Origin: Seison nebaliae | Lineage: Eukaryota | DNA: 64,000 bases | Direction: 5' to 3' | NCBI GenBank assembly: GCA_023231475.1 | Contig: JALJEE010002316.1 | Coordinates: forward strand, 1-64,000 | In this document: positions 63,701-64,000 of the stretch, one piece after another | Layout: each line of letters begins with the position of its first letter | Position numbering within the stretch: the stretch's first letter is position 1 | Translations under genes and position numbers: made by a program | The notes under the pieces: model-generated | Seen by the model: only the letters and a program-made list of their open reading frames with translations | Told to the model about the DNA's origin: nothing | The model's database searches: none

Positions 63701-64000
63701 TTTTCGTAGTTCGGTAAGAAAAAAAACTTTCGCAACACTCGTTCAAATTTGAAAATAAATAGTTTTAATCGGAATTTTGTATATATATCTCCTTATTTAT
63801 AAGAAACTGGTTGATGATGCAAGTTGATTATGTAACTCTTACTTCACTTGCATTATCGGAAACAGTTTGGTTTCGCCCAATAAGGGGCATAATCAGTCGA
63901 ACATCAGGCTCAAAAACATTCTTAGATTTTTCTAGATTTAAAGTTTCGTCAGAATTCCTCTATGTCATCATATTTCTACATACGTATAAAGTTTTTTTTG

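Noticed and set aside
3794..63752. Many short antisense or overlapping ORFs in the track (e.g. 3794-4186, 51896-52222, 63519-63752)
   Set aside because: Shadows of real genes on the other strand or frame, with no motifs
1..64000. CRISPR arrays, rRNA or prokaryotic operons
   Set aside because: None seen; the sequence is intron-containing animal DNA, and LACTB is the normal eukaryotic homolog rather than evidence of recent horizontal transfer

Overview
AT-rich, very gene-dense genomic DNA from a compact invertebrate animal genome (TRPC channel, Cys-loop receptors, basigin, Ajuba-like LIM protein; taxon not determinable from sequence alone). It holds about 22 protein-coding genes, two intact tRNA genes (Asp-GTC, Trp-CCA), a degenerate tRNA-Asp and five 5'-truncated non-LTR retrotransposon fragments. 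The main signal is in the splicing. I rebuilt about 52 short introns (39-73 nt) by hand, and all but one begin GTT, with no visible +4/+5/+6 consensus instead of the usual GTRAG. This suggests an altered 5' splice-site recognition system. Other notable items: an operon-like co-oriented cluster (40 nt between two ion-channel genes, with an acceptor but no donor), LINE fragments beside every tRNA locus, a ~3330-aa separase, a Cys-less pentameric channel, a ZIP transporter with degenerate metal ligands, and a Ro60/TROVE-like vWA protein with an adjacent hairpin. Exon structures are manual reconstructions, not transcript-verified.
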